Sequence record: LC739533.1
Length of the DNA stretch: 64,000 bases
Reading direction: 5' to 3' (one strand)
From: Escherichia phage phiWec179
In this document: positions 7,764 to 15,336 of the stretch, piece by piece
Layout of the letters: the number at the start of each line of letters is the position of its first letter
Position numbering within the stretch: position 1 is the first letter of the stretch
The notes under the pieces: model-generated
What the model was told of the DNA's origin: nothing
The model's input: only the letters and a program-made list of their open reading frames with translations
The model's database searches: none
Program-made: the position numbers and the translations under genes

Positions 7764-7798
7764 AGACGTATTATCTCTTGTCTAATACGTCTTGTCAA
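7764..7798 (-). promoter_or_regulatory. Promoter (TTGACA-N17-GATAAT) embedded in a 10-bp inverted repeat
   Basis: Minus strand: -35 (7793-7798), -10 (7770-7775). Perfect inverted repeat AGACGTATTA (7764-7773) / TAATACGTCT (7783-7792) spans the -10 box. Confidence 0.5.
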
Positions 7799-7806
7799 TA
7801 CTTGTT

Positions 7807-8166
7807 TTAGATCCCTTCGCCTTTAGTGATGATAGCTTCCATCACCACAGCTTTCTTCTTACGTTGAACATCTTGACGGATCAGGAGGCTACCACCTTGA
7901 TCATCCTTATACTGCTTCATGATGATGAAGTTGTTGCCACACACAGCGCCGATAGCCACGTATGGGCGATTAGAATTATCCACATCCGCAGATGGGGTTA
8001 CATCCGTGCAAGTAAAGAACTTGCCATCAGGATCAGTATAAGCAAAGTGGCCTTTAGCAGTTACTGCAACTTCTCCGGTGCTTGTGGACTGTGCAGCCAC
8101 AAACGGTGCAGCAGATGCTACGAAACTTGCAGACAGCAGGGCTACAGCTAAAATAATCTTTTTCAT
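7807..8166 (-). CDS. Secreted protein with N-terminal signal peptide (119 aa)
   Basis: MKKIILAVALLSASFVASA then mature domain; AGAGGAG RBS. Confidence 0.65.
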   Translation of the reverse strand: MKKIILAVALLSASFVASAAPFVAAQSTSTGEVAVTAKGHFAYTDPDGKFFTCTDVTPSADVDNSNRPYVAIGAVCGNNFIIMKQYKDDQGGSLLIRQDVQRKKKAVVMEAIITKGEGI

Positions 8167-8178
8167 GGTGATCTCCTC

Positions 8179-8340
8179 TTATTCCAACAACATACACAAT
8201 GCAGCTACAACCAAGAACAGAGTAGCCACGCTTAAAGCGATAAACATTCCTAATTGAGAATGAAATTCGCCTATGATAGGTGCAGACAACGCACTTAGCA
8301 AACAACCTGTCAAACTTGCTTTGATAATAAGATCTAACAT
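8179..8340 (-). CDS. Small hydrophobic membrane protein (53 aa)
   Basis: MLDLIIKASLTGCLLSALSAPIIGEFHSQLGMFIALSVATLFLVVAALCMLLE; strong AGGAGG RBS; not in the ORF track. Confidence 0.45.
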   Translation of the reverse strand: MLDLIIKASLTGCLLSALSAPIIGEFHSQLGMFIALSVATLFLVVAALCMLLE

Positions 8341-8348
8341 ATTACCTC

Positions 8349-8600
8349 CTACAATTCCACAATAGTTTTATCTAAGTGGTGTGCCTCAACTTGAGATAAG
8401 GTTAGCACTTCAACCAAACCTCTGTCAATACCTAATTTGATCACTTGCAAATAATCACCGAAAAGATCAGAGATTTCAATCTGGTGTTCAGTAACCACCA
8501 CGACCTCGTTACCCTTGGTATACTCTCTCCAGATTCGTCCACACTTATAAATGAAATCTTTCTGGTCTTCACTGATCATCTTAGGCTTAACGCTTAACAT
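8349..8600 (-). CDS. Hypothetical protein (83 aa)
   Basis: Intact ORF with GGGAG RBS; ATG overlaps the upstream stop. Confidence 0.55.
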   Translation of the reverse strand: MLSVKPKMISEDQKDFIYKCGRIWREYTKGNEVVVVTEHQIEISDLFGDYLQVIKLGIDRGLVEVLTLSQVEAHHLDKTIVEL

Positions 8601-8938
8601 TACATACTCCCGTAGTCTGGTTCAATATGGTGTTTACGACAAATAGCATCCCAACGTTCACTACCGAAACCCCGTCCGTGTAGTGCATCGTATGCGAAAT
8701 GTTCTGCCAACCACAATACTACACCATCTGGTTCAGTGTCAAGCGGAATTCGAAATTCTCGATCATAACGCATACGGAGAACAAACTCATTACCGTCTTC
8801 CAGGAGATGCATGTGACTTTTCGCTCGTGATGCCAAGTCAAAGAAAGGTGCCTCGTCTTTCCAAACCTGGCGCTCAACCTCAATACCGTGATCAACTACC
8901 AGGGTAGCAATCACATCTTTCATTTCTTTACTAAACAT
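8600..8938 (-). CDS. Hypothetical protein (112 aa)
   Basis: Start at MFSKEMKDV with AGGAGGG RBS; the track start at 8968 would overlap the upstream gene by 22 nt. Confidence 0.55.
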   Translation of the reverse strand: MFSKEMKDVIATLVVDHGIEVERQVWKDEAPFFDLASRAKSHMHLLEDGNEFVLRMRYDREFRIPLDTEPDGVVLWLAEHFAYDALHGRGFGSERWDAICRKHHIEPDYGSM

Positions 8939-8946
8939 ATTCCCTC

Positions 8947-9192
8947 CTAATAATGTTTTAAAGTCCACTCAATACCTGACGGGTAACTGCCTCGACAAAT
9001 CTTACCATCGGAATGCCAGTTAATGCTATCAGGGAAAGTATGATTTAGTGTTTTTTCATGAGGAAGCCATTCTGTAGGCTTCTCTCCACCATTGATCCAT
9101 ACAAAACCTTCGTCTTCCAGTAAACCTAAAGCAAACTCCATCTCTTCTGCATCGTGAACCGTTACTTTCTGACCTTTCTGTAATTTAATCAT
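8947..9192 (-). CDS. Hypothetical protein (81 aa)
   Basis: Intact ORF in the leftward operon. Confidence 0.55.
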   Translation of the reverse strand: MIKLQKGQKVTVHDAEEMEFALGLLEDEGFVWINGGEKPTEWLPHEKTLNHTFPDSINWHSDGKICRGSYPSGIEWTLKHY

Positions 9193-9201
9193 ATTACCCC
9201 C

Positions 9202-9375
9202 TTAACCAATTAGTTGGACTGCCTTGCAGATGTAAATCCAAACAGGACTAAGCATAAGTGCTACAATACTGGGGTAAATCCCTTTTGGCTCTATCTCAAT
9301 TATTGATAAGATTAAGGTGACAGCACTGATAAACATATAAGCTCCCAAGAAAGCCAGCGTCAAGAATTCAGACAT
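9202..9375 (-). CDS. Small membrane protein (57 aa)
   Basis: Start at MSEFLTLAFLGAYMFISAVTLIL with GGAG RBS; two hydrophobic segments. Confidence 0.5.
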   Translation of the reverse strand: MSEFLTLAFLGAYMFISAVTLILSIIEIEPKGIYPSIVALMLSPVWIYICKAVQLIG

Positions 9376-9377
9376 AA

Positions 9378-9710
9378 TTAGCTCCACAAGTTATGAAAAT
9401 ATTCAGCAAACAGGCAACGACCTTCGATTTTATCCGTTTTGGTCATAACGGATTCAGGTTTAAAACCTTCAATCATTTGATCAATAATGGATAACCACTC
9501 CACTGTAGCTTCCCGCTCCTGCTCTTCTGTTAGTTTACGGTAATCTGACACATATTTAGCCCAAATCTTAGATGGGATAAGGATATCCCCTCGTTCCACA
9601 ATACGTGCCTTGAACGCGTACAGTCCAGCACAGATAATCGCGGAGAACGTATCATCCAGGTCTTGCAGATCTTCTACGCCAAATTGTAATTCATCATGGA
9701 TAATTTTCAT
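9378..9710 (-). CDS. Hypothetical protein (110 aa)
   Basis: Intact ORF; 4-nt overlap with the upstream gene. Confidence 0.6.
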   Translation of the reverse strand: MKIIHDELQFGVEDLQDLDDTFSAIICAGLYAFKARIVERGDILIPSKIWAKYVSDYRKLTEEQEREATVEWLSIIDQMIEGFKPESVMTKTDKIEGRCLFAEYFHNLWS

Positions 9711-9994
9711 TTTGTTTCTCCCCGCTCTGCGTCTAATTTCAATAAGAAGGCTGCATACTCTTCCGAACCTTTGTGTAAGAACATACGATAAGAACTCACC
9801 AGTTTCTTCGTTGTTGTATAACGCTCCATTCCGCCGACAACCCCTGTACCGAGAGTGTAGAGAACAACACCTTCAACCCCAACATGGGTTACGACTTCAA
9901 CCATGTCCGTGTTATCCCAGTGATATTTAGGGGATACAATAAGATCGCCAACTGCTAATTTGATGTTTGCCGCTTCGTCTTGTGAATAGTACAT
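9707..9994 (-). CDS. Hypothetical protein (95 aa)
   Basis: First gene of the leftward operon, downstream of the divergent promoter. Confidence 0.6.
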   Translation of the reverse strand: MYYSQDEAANIKLAVGDLIVSPKYHWDNTDMVEVVTHVGVEGVVLYTLGTGVVGGMERYTTTKKLVSSYRMFLHKGSEEYAAFLLKLDAERGETK

Positions 9995-10039
9995 TTTGTT
10001 CTCCTCTCACATTAGGACACGTTTTGTGTCGATGGGTGT

Positions 10040-10104
10040 AGATTACGTGAGCACAAAGGGGTTGTCAACTACTTATTGACAAAAATTTCTAAACGTTGTA
10101 AATT
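10040..10104. promoter_or_regulatory. Divergent back-to-back sigma70-like promoters
   Basis: Plus: TTGACA (10076-10081)-N17-TAAATT (10099-10104). Minus: TTGACA (10063-10068)-N17-TAATCT (10040-10045). The -35 boxes form the palindrome TTGTCAA-N7-TTGACAA (10062-10082). Confidence 0.6.
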
Positions 10105-10128
10105 AAAAACATCTACAAAGGAGGAAAC

Positions 10129-11082
10129 ATGAAATACGAAGATTTTAAACAAATAGTTAAAGACGATGTGGTATTTGAGAACTTACAGGAAGGTTGTGAA
10201 GTCTTAGGTTGGACAGAAAGAGATAGAAACTTTGCAAAAATATACGTAATACGTTGTAGTGTTTGTGCCAAAGACCCCGAAATGTATGGAGATGGTCTTT
10301 TTACAGCTACAAAAGGGCGTTTAGTGAAAGGTCAGAAATGTTGCGCGTGCGCTGTATCCTTTAAATACAGTCAAAACCAACACCTAATTCTGCTAAACAG
10401 GCATTTAAGTGTCGCAGGGTACAGCATAGTTTCTATTGGTGCTTGGGAGTGTTCTAAGACGAGAATAGAGTTTAGTTGTGAGAATGGACACACGAAGAAC
10501 AGAACCCTGGCTCAAGCAAAGGTAGTAGAACCTTGTAAACAGTGTCTTGAAGAAGGCTGTACAAAACACAAACAAGATGAGGCAGAGGCAAAAATTATGA
10601 AGATAATAGAAGATAAATGTTTACCTTATGTATTTGTAGGGTGGGATACTTCTTACAAGAATGTAACTTCAAAATTCAACCTCATCTGTTCGGATCACGG
10701 TTTAAAAACAATAAGATACGCTTGTTTCCTAAATGGTCATTTTTGTAACGAGTGTTCTGGTAGAAATTGCCTAAGTCTTTATTTATTAGGAGTTTATGAT
10801 AGAGACTTGTTGGTAGGTTTAAAATTTGGCATCTCTCAGAGTCCAGTAAGAAGGGTTCAACAGTTAAATAAAAGGAACTTATTTAAATGTAAAATACTAC
10901 AGATTTGGACTTTTACATCACATGATCAAGCTGTACGGATGGAAACATTATTAAAGAACACATTGCGAACTGGAATATTTACTAAAAGAGAGATGAAAGA
11001 TGGTCATACAGAAACCACAGAAGTTACTAATTTAGAAACCATAATGGACCTTATGACCTCATCTCATGGATTGGTTAGTTAA
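10129..11082 (+). CDS. T5orf172-type (GIY-YIG superfamily) domain protein with N-terminal Cys-rich repeats; homing-endonuclease-like
   Basis: C-terminus LKFGISQSPVRRVQQLN...AVRMETLLKN...KDGHTET; CxxC / C..HG repeats. Paralog of 5545..6561. Confidence 0.6.
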   Translation: MKYEDFKQIVKDDVVFENLQEGCEVLGWTERDRNFAKIYVIRCSVCAKDPEMYGDGLFTATKGRLVKGQKCCACAVSFKYSQNQHLILLNRHLSVAGYSIVSIGAWECSKTRIEFSCENGHTKNRTLAQAKVVEPCKQCLEEGCTKHKQDEAEAKIMKIIEDKCLPYVFVGWDTSYKNVTSKFNLICSDHGLKTIRYACFLNGHFCNECSGRNCLSLYLLGVYDRDLLVGLKFGISQSPVRRVQQLNKRNLFKCKILQIWTFTSHDQAVRMETLLKNTLRTGIFTKREMKDGHTETTEVTNLETIMDLMTSSHGLVS

Positions 11083-11377
11083 CAAAAACCTTAACATTTC
11101 CGATGTTCTTGCTGACTTCTTGTGAGAACATTGAAAGTACCTTGTCAAGCAGTTTTACTAATTCATTTGTAATTTGTTCCTCTGAACGAGAAGAAGTAAG
11201 TACCTTACTCTCACCAACGATGTGCATCACCTTGATAGGAGCATTCAGGATAACATTGTGCTTTTCATCTTCTTCGAAAGATGCTAACCACTTCTCATTA
11301 TTCCCGTGCAAAGCCACGATAACACCAAAACCGTTAATAGTTTGTGAAATGTTCTTAGTTGCTAATGTAATGTTCAT
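11075..11377 (-). CDS. Hypothetical protein (100 aa), antisense-oriented within the rightward block
   Basis: Own promoter and AGAGAGG RBS; 3' end overlaps the 3' end of 10129..11082 by 8 nt. Confidence 0.55.
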   Translation of the reverse strand: MNITLATKNISQTINGFGVIVALHGNNEKWLASFEEDEKHNVILNAPIKVMHIVGESKVLTSSRSEEQITNELVKLLDKVLSMFSQEVSKNIGNVKVFVN

Positions 11378-11405
11378 TGTTCACCTCTCTTAATAATGTA
11401 GGGCT

Positions 11406-11433
11406 ATTGTACACTAAAAATATTTCAGGTCAA
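11406..11433 (-). promoter_or_regulatory. Promoter (TTGACC-N16-TACAAT) for 11075..11377
   Basis: Minus strand: -35 (11428-11433), -10 (11406-11411). Confidence 0.5.
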
Positions 11434-11494
11434 GTGTTGACAAGCTTTTTGGTTCTGTTATGATTAGCTCATACTAAATGAGAGGAGAAAACAA

Positions 11495-11932
11495 ATGCAA
11501 AACATCAAACTGACTTGGACCGAAGCTAAAGAAGCAATGAAGGAAGGTAGACGTGTTAAACACGAGTATTTCTGTGGTGGGGAATGGTTTGAGATGCAAT
11601 ATGGTGTTATTCTGGACGAACATGGTTATAATATGACTGATTGGTATCGTGACGAAGCTTGGCAGGATGATGGTTGGTCTGTGGTTGAGAAAGAAGGTAA
11701 TGAGGAAGAAGGACTGTTGTCTAATGTAGAGCGCGAAATGCGGGAAACAAAGGTGCCCGAACTGGACTACCATCACCTGGAACTTCTTGTGGCAGCATCT
11801 TTCGCTACTGGAGATACAATGTGGCAAACTCCGGTGTCCCGTGTCGATAACCAAAATAAACCGTCTGCCCGTAATCACAAGCTTTACAAAGGTAAAGGTC
11901 ATAACAAACTGAAGAAAGGAAAGAAGAAATGA
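11495..11932 (+). CDS. DUF2829-like protein (the family that includes anti-Thoeris Tad2) with Lys-rich C-terminal extension
   Basis: N-terminus LTWTEAKEAMKEGRRVKHEYF and later WQDDGWSVV resemble the recalled DUF2829 pattern; family call is from memory. Confidence 0.4.
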   Translation: MQNIKLTWTEAKEAMKEGRRVKHEYFCGGEWFEMQYGVILDEHGYNMTDWYRDEAWQDDGWSVVEKEGNEEEGLLSNVEREMRETKVPELDYHHLELLVAASFATGDTMWQTPVSRVDNQNKPSARNHKLYKGKGHNKLKKGKKK

Positions 11933-12075
11933 TCTACAAAAACAAGTTCACTGGTTGTCTACGTAAGTTTGTCGATAAAAAAGGTTATGTTTCGCTTGAC
12001 AACGGGACTACATGGGTGCAGAATGGGACTTCAGAACAATTGATCAAGGCTCTGCCTTACTACGAGGAGGTTTAA
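11929..12075 (+). CDS. Small hypothetical protein (48 aa)
   Basis: ATGA-coupled to the upstream gene; ends immediately before the next ATG; not in the ORF track. Confidence 0.4.
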   Translation: MIYKNKFTGCLRKFVDKKGYVSLDNGTTWVQNGTSEQLIKALPYYEEV

Positions 12076-12399
12076 ATGTCCAACAATCTGTTTAGCGTGT
12101 CAATCGCACCGCGTGTTAATATTCGCTGTCAGTTTGTTACCTTGCCAGGCGTGACACACATTACTTTAGAGTATGATCCTCGTTCACGAGAGAACCCAAT
12201 TACAGGCAAGATTGATTCAGCCTACGGCGACTTCCTAATGGATCACCAAGCGATCTTATGTTGTGTGCAACGCTTACAGGCAGGGTCTTTATACATCTTT
12301 AAGAAGTCTGTGTTCCAAGAGATTGCTCAAGCAGTTGAAAGCGGTATGGAGACTCTTAACGCTATGATTGAAGCAGCCAACAAGAAGGAGGTTTTATGA
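12076..12399 (+). CDS. Hypothetical protein (107 aa)
   Basis: Tightly coupled operon member with GAGGAGG RBS. Confidence 0.6.
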   Translation: MSNNLFSVSIAPRVNIRCQFVTLPGVTHITLEYDPRSRENPITGKIDSAYGDFLMDHQAILCCVQRLQAGSLYIFKKSVFQEIAQAVESGMETLNAMIEAANKKEVL

Positions 12400-12653
12400 C
12401 ACTCTATCACGTAACCACTGAAGGCGATACCGAAGGTCGTACTACAAAAGACTTAGGGTATGTTGAAGCAGATTCGCCTGAACATGCAATCAAGTATCTG
12501 CACTCTATAGGGAAGTATGCAGGGTATAAATATGACATTCAAGAAGTTGAAGTCAACCCTGTACAAGTGGCAACACCTATGGTAGAGTTGCAGTATCTTA
12601 AAGCCAAGGTTACACCTGGGCCTTTGGGCGGTTATAAGGGAGAGGTAAAATGA
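12396..12653 (+). CDS. Hypothetical protein (85 aa)
   Basis: 4-nt overlap coupling; AAGGAGG RBS. Confidence 0.6.
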   Translation: MTLYHVTTEGDTEGRTTKDLGYVEADSPEHAIKYLHSIGKYAGYKYDIQEVEVNPVQVATPMVELQYLKAKVTPGPLGGYKGEVK

Positions 12654-12859
12654 GCGGTTGGATTAAGGTATCTGGCACCGAAGATGTTCCTGTAGGAGAG
12701 TGGCTTGTCATCATGGCAGACGGCAAGAAGGGCTTCTGTGAGGTGCACAAAGCCGCAAAAGGGACAATAGCAGTCATTAACCGTTTATTTTACTTTGACT
12801 GTGAACCTGTAATAGCGTATCATGCATTACCAACTTATGAAGAGGAGACTAACAAATGA
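12650..12859 (+). CDS. Hypothetical protein (69 aa)
   Basis: 4-nt overlap coupling. Confidence 0.55.
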   Translation: MSGWIKVSGTEDVPVGEWLVIMADGKKGFCEVHKAAKGTIAVINRLFYFDCEPVIAYHALPTYEEETNK

Positions 12860-13152
12860 GCCTTACCACTATGCACAAAACACTGCTCAAACTATTTAAC
12901 AATCAACGTAATCTTTTGATCGAAGATTTCCGTAGCTTTAAACGTAACAAGGTCAATCGTGCCTACATGCCTCATTCAGCCTTTGATGCCACGTTAAAAG
13001 AGTTTCGTAACCGTATCTCTGAAATGGATGCTTACATCCGTGGCACAAAGCTTGCACGCACAGTAACTATCCAAACAGGATTGTTGCACTTTTATGATGG
13101 AACTACCGGATCGATCTACAATCCAGACAGCATAGAGAATTATTTAAAATAG
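12856..13152 (+). CDS. Hypothetical protein (98 aa)
   Basis: 4-nt overlap coupling; last gene before the structured intergenic region. Confidence 0.55.
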   Translation: MSLTTMHKTLLKLFNNQRNLLIEDFRSFKRNKVNRAYMPHSAFDATLKEFRNRISEMDAYIRGTKLARTVTIQTGLLHFYDGTTGSIYNPDSIENYLK

Positions 13153-13354
13153 TTGTTGACTTTGATATACGAAGTATGCTACCCTACCCACGAAGTGCCG
13201 AGCGGGAGCGAGGTATAAGTGTTACCCTCCCGTTAGGGTAGAGGGTAGTAATTATAGTTTCTATCGTTAGATTGTTCGAAGAACAGAAACTTAGATCTTG
13301 TTCTTATCGTTAGATGATCGTAAGATCAAGAACATAATATAGAGGAGATAAAGA

Positions 13355-13891
13355 ATGAAATTGTTAGACTATGCGATGGTTATGGATCTTAGTGTGCTTC
13401 GTGACGATGCTCAATACATGACACAGAACCAGGATGGCACCTTAAACCTGTATTCTGCCTATCCACGTAATCATGGTCCAGTTACAACTTACGGTTGGGG
13501 TGATAGCAACTTCCTGGATTACTACCCAGCACCACGTAGCCTGGAAACTGCTGAAGATTGGTTCCACTCTATTATCAACTTGCAAGCAATCCGTGACTAC
13601 CAAGAGAGTGGGTCAGATAGCAACCTGGCAAATACATTGGGAACGTTGAATACCATCTCTTACAAAGAGAAGCCGCCTAAGCTTTACTTCCTGCGGGATA
13701 TTCCAGAAGGCACTTTCTTTGTCTATGGCGGTGCTGACGCTTCTGGTGAGCCTCCTATCTGGCAGAAAGTAGATGGCGGTTTAGCAGTTATGTTTGATAC
13801 AGGGATCACTTCTCCGCAAGATACTTTCTCTCAAGATCGTGTGTGGAAAATCTTGAAAGCGCATCTGACTGTTAGCCCAATCCGAGAATAA
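13355..13891 (+). CDS. Hypothetical protein (178 aa)
   Basis: Intact ORF with GAGGAG RBS. Confidence 0.6.
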   Translation: MKLLDYAMVMDLSVLRDDAQYMTQNQDGTLNLYSAYPRNHGPVTTYGWGDSNFLDYYPAPRSLETAEDWFHSIINLQAIRDYQESGSDSNLANTLGTLNTISYKEKPPKLYFLRDIPEGTFFVYGGADASGEPPIWQKVDGGLAVMFDTGITSPQDTFSQDRVWKILKAHLTVSPIRE

Positions 13892-13911
13892 TCCTAATCT
13901 GCAAATAAGTC

Positions 13912-13940
13912 TTGATCACGAGGTTGTATTCTGATAGAAT
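13912..13940 (+). promoter_or_regulatory. sigma70-like promoter (TTGATC-N17-TAGAAT)
   Basis: Hexamers at 13912-13917 and 13935-13940, upstream of the ORF at 13970. Confidence 0.5.
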
Positions 13941-13969
13941 GCAATCTCACTAAACAAAAGGAGATTTAA

Positions 13970-14167
13970 ATGGCTACGAAGAAACAAAAAATGAAGTGTC
14001 TGTCACTGACTCAACTGGGGCATAGTTCTGGTTGTGTGACGATCGGAAAAACCTACTCCACCACTTTGAATAAAGAGAACAACAGCTTTACATTCAAAGA
14101 TGACAATGGTAACATGCAAGTGGGGATTTACCCTGAGTGTGCATTCGGTACTTGGGAAAAAGTTTAA
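13970..14167 (+). CDS. Hypothetical protein (65 aa)
   Basis: ORF with AAGGAG RBS. Confidence 0.5.
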   Translation: MATKKQKMKCLSLTQLGHSSGCVTIGKTYSTTLNKENNSFTFKDDNGNMQVGIYPECAFGTWEKV

Positions 14168-14186
14168 TTAACTGATCGGAGGGAGT

Positions 14187-14360
14187 ATGCAAGACAAGAA
14201 AAACAATGTTCGTTATGCTTTGTACGGACGTATGGGCGTAGACTGCGAATGGAGACTTCTGTTACAGCGTATTCCCTCTTATCAAGAAGCTATGACGAAG
14301 AGAGAACATTATAAGAAGACGTGGAGACACGTTGTTTGCAAACATTACGAGGAGGCATAA
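14187..14360 (+). CDS. Small hypothetical protein (57 aa)
   Basis: MQDKKNNVRYALYGRMGVDCEWRLL...; GGAGGGAG RBS; stop overlaps the next ATG (TAATG); not in the ORF track. Confidence 0.4.
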   Translation: MQDKKNNVRYALYGRMGVDCEWRLLLQRIPSYQEAMTKREHYKKTWRHVVCKHYEEA

Positions 14361-14668
14361 TGAGCACATTATCAACAGCAGTCAAGTTCCACCAGGATTA
14401 TGAAGAAGCTGTCAAAGATGCTGACAATCCTTCCTCATTAGTGTTTGAGGATCGTACAGGTTTGAAGTGGGTTAAATCTTTCGATGAGATCTATTTCTGG
14501 TATCCGCAGGGAGCCACAAGCAATAGTTCTCTGTATAGCTACGAACTGGAATACCGTGGCCCTGTAGACGAAGATGAAAACTTTATCATGTATTTCGTAA
14601 ATAATGGTTGCGGTGAAACGTTTAATGTTGTATTCTCTAAAGCAGATGAGTCTGACGAGGAGGTGTAA
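14360..14668 (+). CDS. Hypothetical protein (102 aa), tandem paralog 1
   Basis: Start at MSTLSTAVKF after GAGGAGG RBS; shares ELEYRGPVDEDENFIMYFVNNGCGETFNVVF with the next gene. Confidence 0.6.
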   Translation: MSTLSTAVKFHQDYEEAVKDADNPSSLVFEDRTGLKWVKSFDEIYFWYPQGATSNSSLYSYELEYRGPVDEDENFIMYFVNNGCGETFNVVFSKADESDEEV

Positions 14669-14973
14669 TGCAGTACAATACGACTTTAAGTTTGGCAGTT
14701 GCAGCCCACATGCTGTACAATGATTCTGTGAAGGATGAGTTGTCGCCTGTGAGTTTAGCTTTCTATCTGATAGAAAGGGATTGGATGTTCTCTGGTGAGG
14801 ACGAAATCTACTACGTAAATTCGCGCGGTTTTATTGAAAGTTTTGAACTTGAACATCGCGCACCGACAGCAGAAGATGATCGTTTTATTATGTTCTGTGT
14901 AAATGATGGTTACGGAGAGGTATATGACGTAGTATTCTTCAAAAACCGACAGAAGACTGAAGAGGAATTCTAA
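14668..14973 (+). CDS. Hypothetical protein (101 aa), tandem paralog 2
   Basis: Carries ELEHRAPTAEDDRFIMFCVNDGYGEVYDVVF, matching the previous gene. Confidence 0.6.
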   Translation: MQYNTTLSLAVAAHMLYNDSVKDELSPVSLAFYLIERDWMFSGEDEIYYVNSRGFIESFELEHRAPTAEDDRFIMFCVNDGYGEVYDVVFFKNRQKTEEEF

Positions 14974-15336
14974 ATGAAAAAGCTACTTTGTGTCCTGATG
15001 TTGATGATTGCCACCAATGCTACAGCCGCCCGTGACGGTTTCAAGATTGGGGTGGAAGGTAGCCAATTCTTCACTTGGTACGGTGGTGAAGCTGTCTACC
15101 AGGTGGATGATAAAAAGTATAACTGTAAGTTTGATCGTATAGATCGTGGAGTAGATAATTGGGGCGACGCTTATAAAGCAACAGGTTTTTATTGCACCAA
15201 AGAAATCTACATTACGGTCAAAGAACCACAAGACAACAGAAAGGTGTTGTTTATTGTGATAAACCCTGCTAAATTTGAAGAACGTAAAGCTTACTATGCA
15301 GATATGTTCATTGAATACAAAAAGGAGGAAAAATGA
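14974..15336 (+). CDS. Secreted protein with signal peptide (120 aa)
   Basis: MKKLLCVLMLMIATNATAA signal peptide. Confidence 0.6.
   Translation: MKKLLCVLMLMIATNATAARDGFKIGVEGSQFFTWYGGEAVYQVDDKKYNCKFDRIDRGVDNWGDAYKATGFYCTKEIYITVKEPQDNRKVLFIVINPAKFEERKAYYADMFIEYKKEEK

Noticed and set aside
7037-7765. 242-aa plus-strand ORF
   Set aside because: Antisense shadow of the AAA+ ATPase gene, which has clear Walker motifs; no RBS.
8054-8305. 83-aa minus-strand ORF
   Set aside because: Cys/Arg-rich translation in a different frame, overlapping the signal-peptide gene and the small membrane ORF that has a strong RBS.
11437-11477. Plus-strand promoter for the DUF2829-like gene
   Set aside because: A TTGACA is present at 11437-11442 but no acceptable -10 at 16-18 nt spacing; not called.
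14321-14668. Longer start for the first tandem paralog
   Set aside because: A strong RBS directly precedes the ATG at 14360, and the upstream small ORF ends there.
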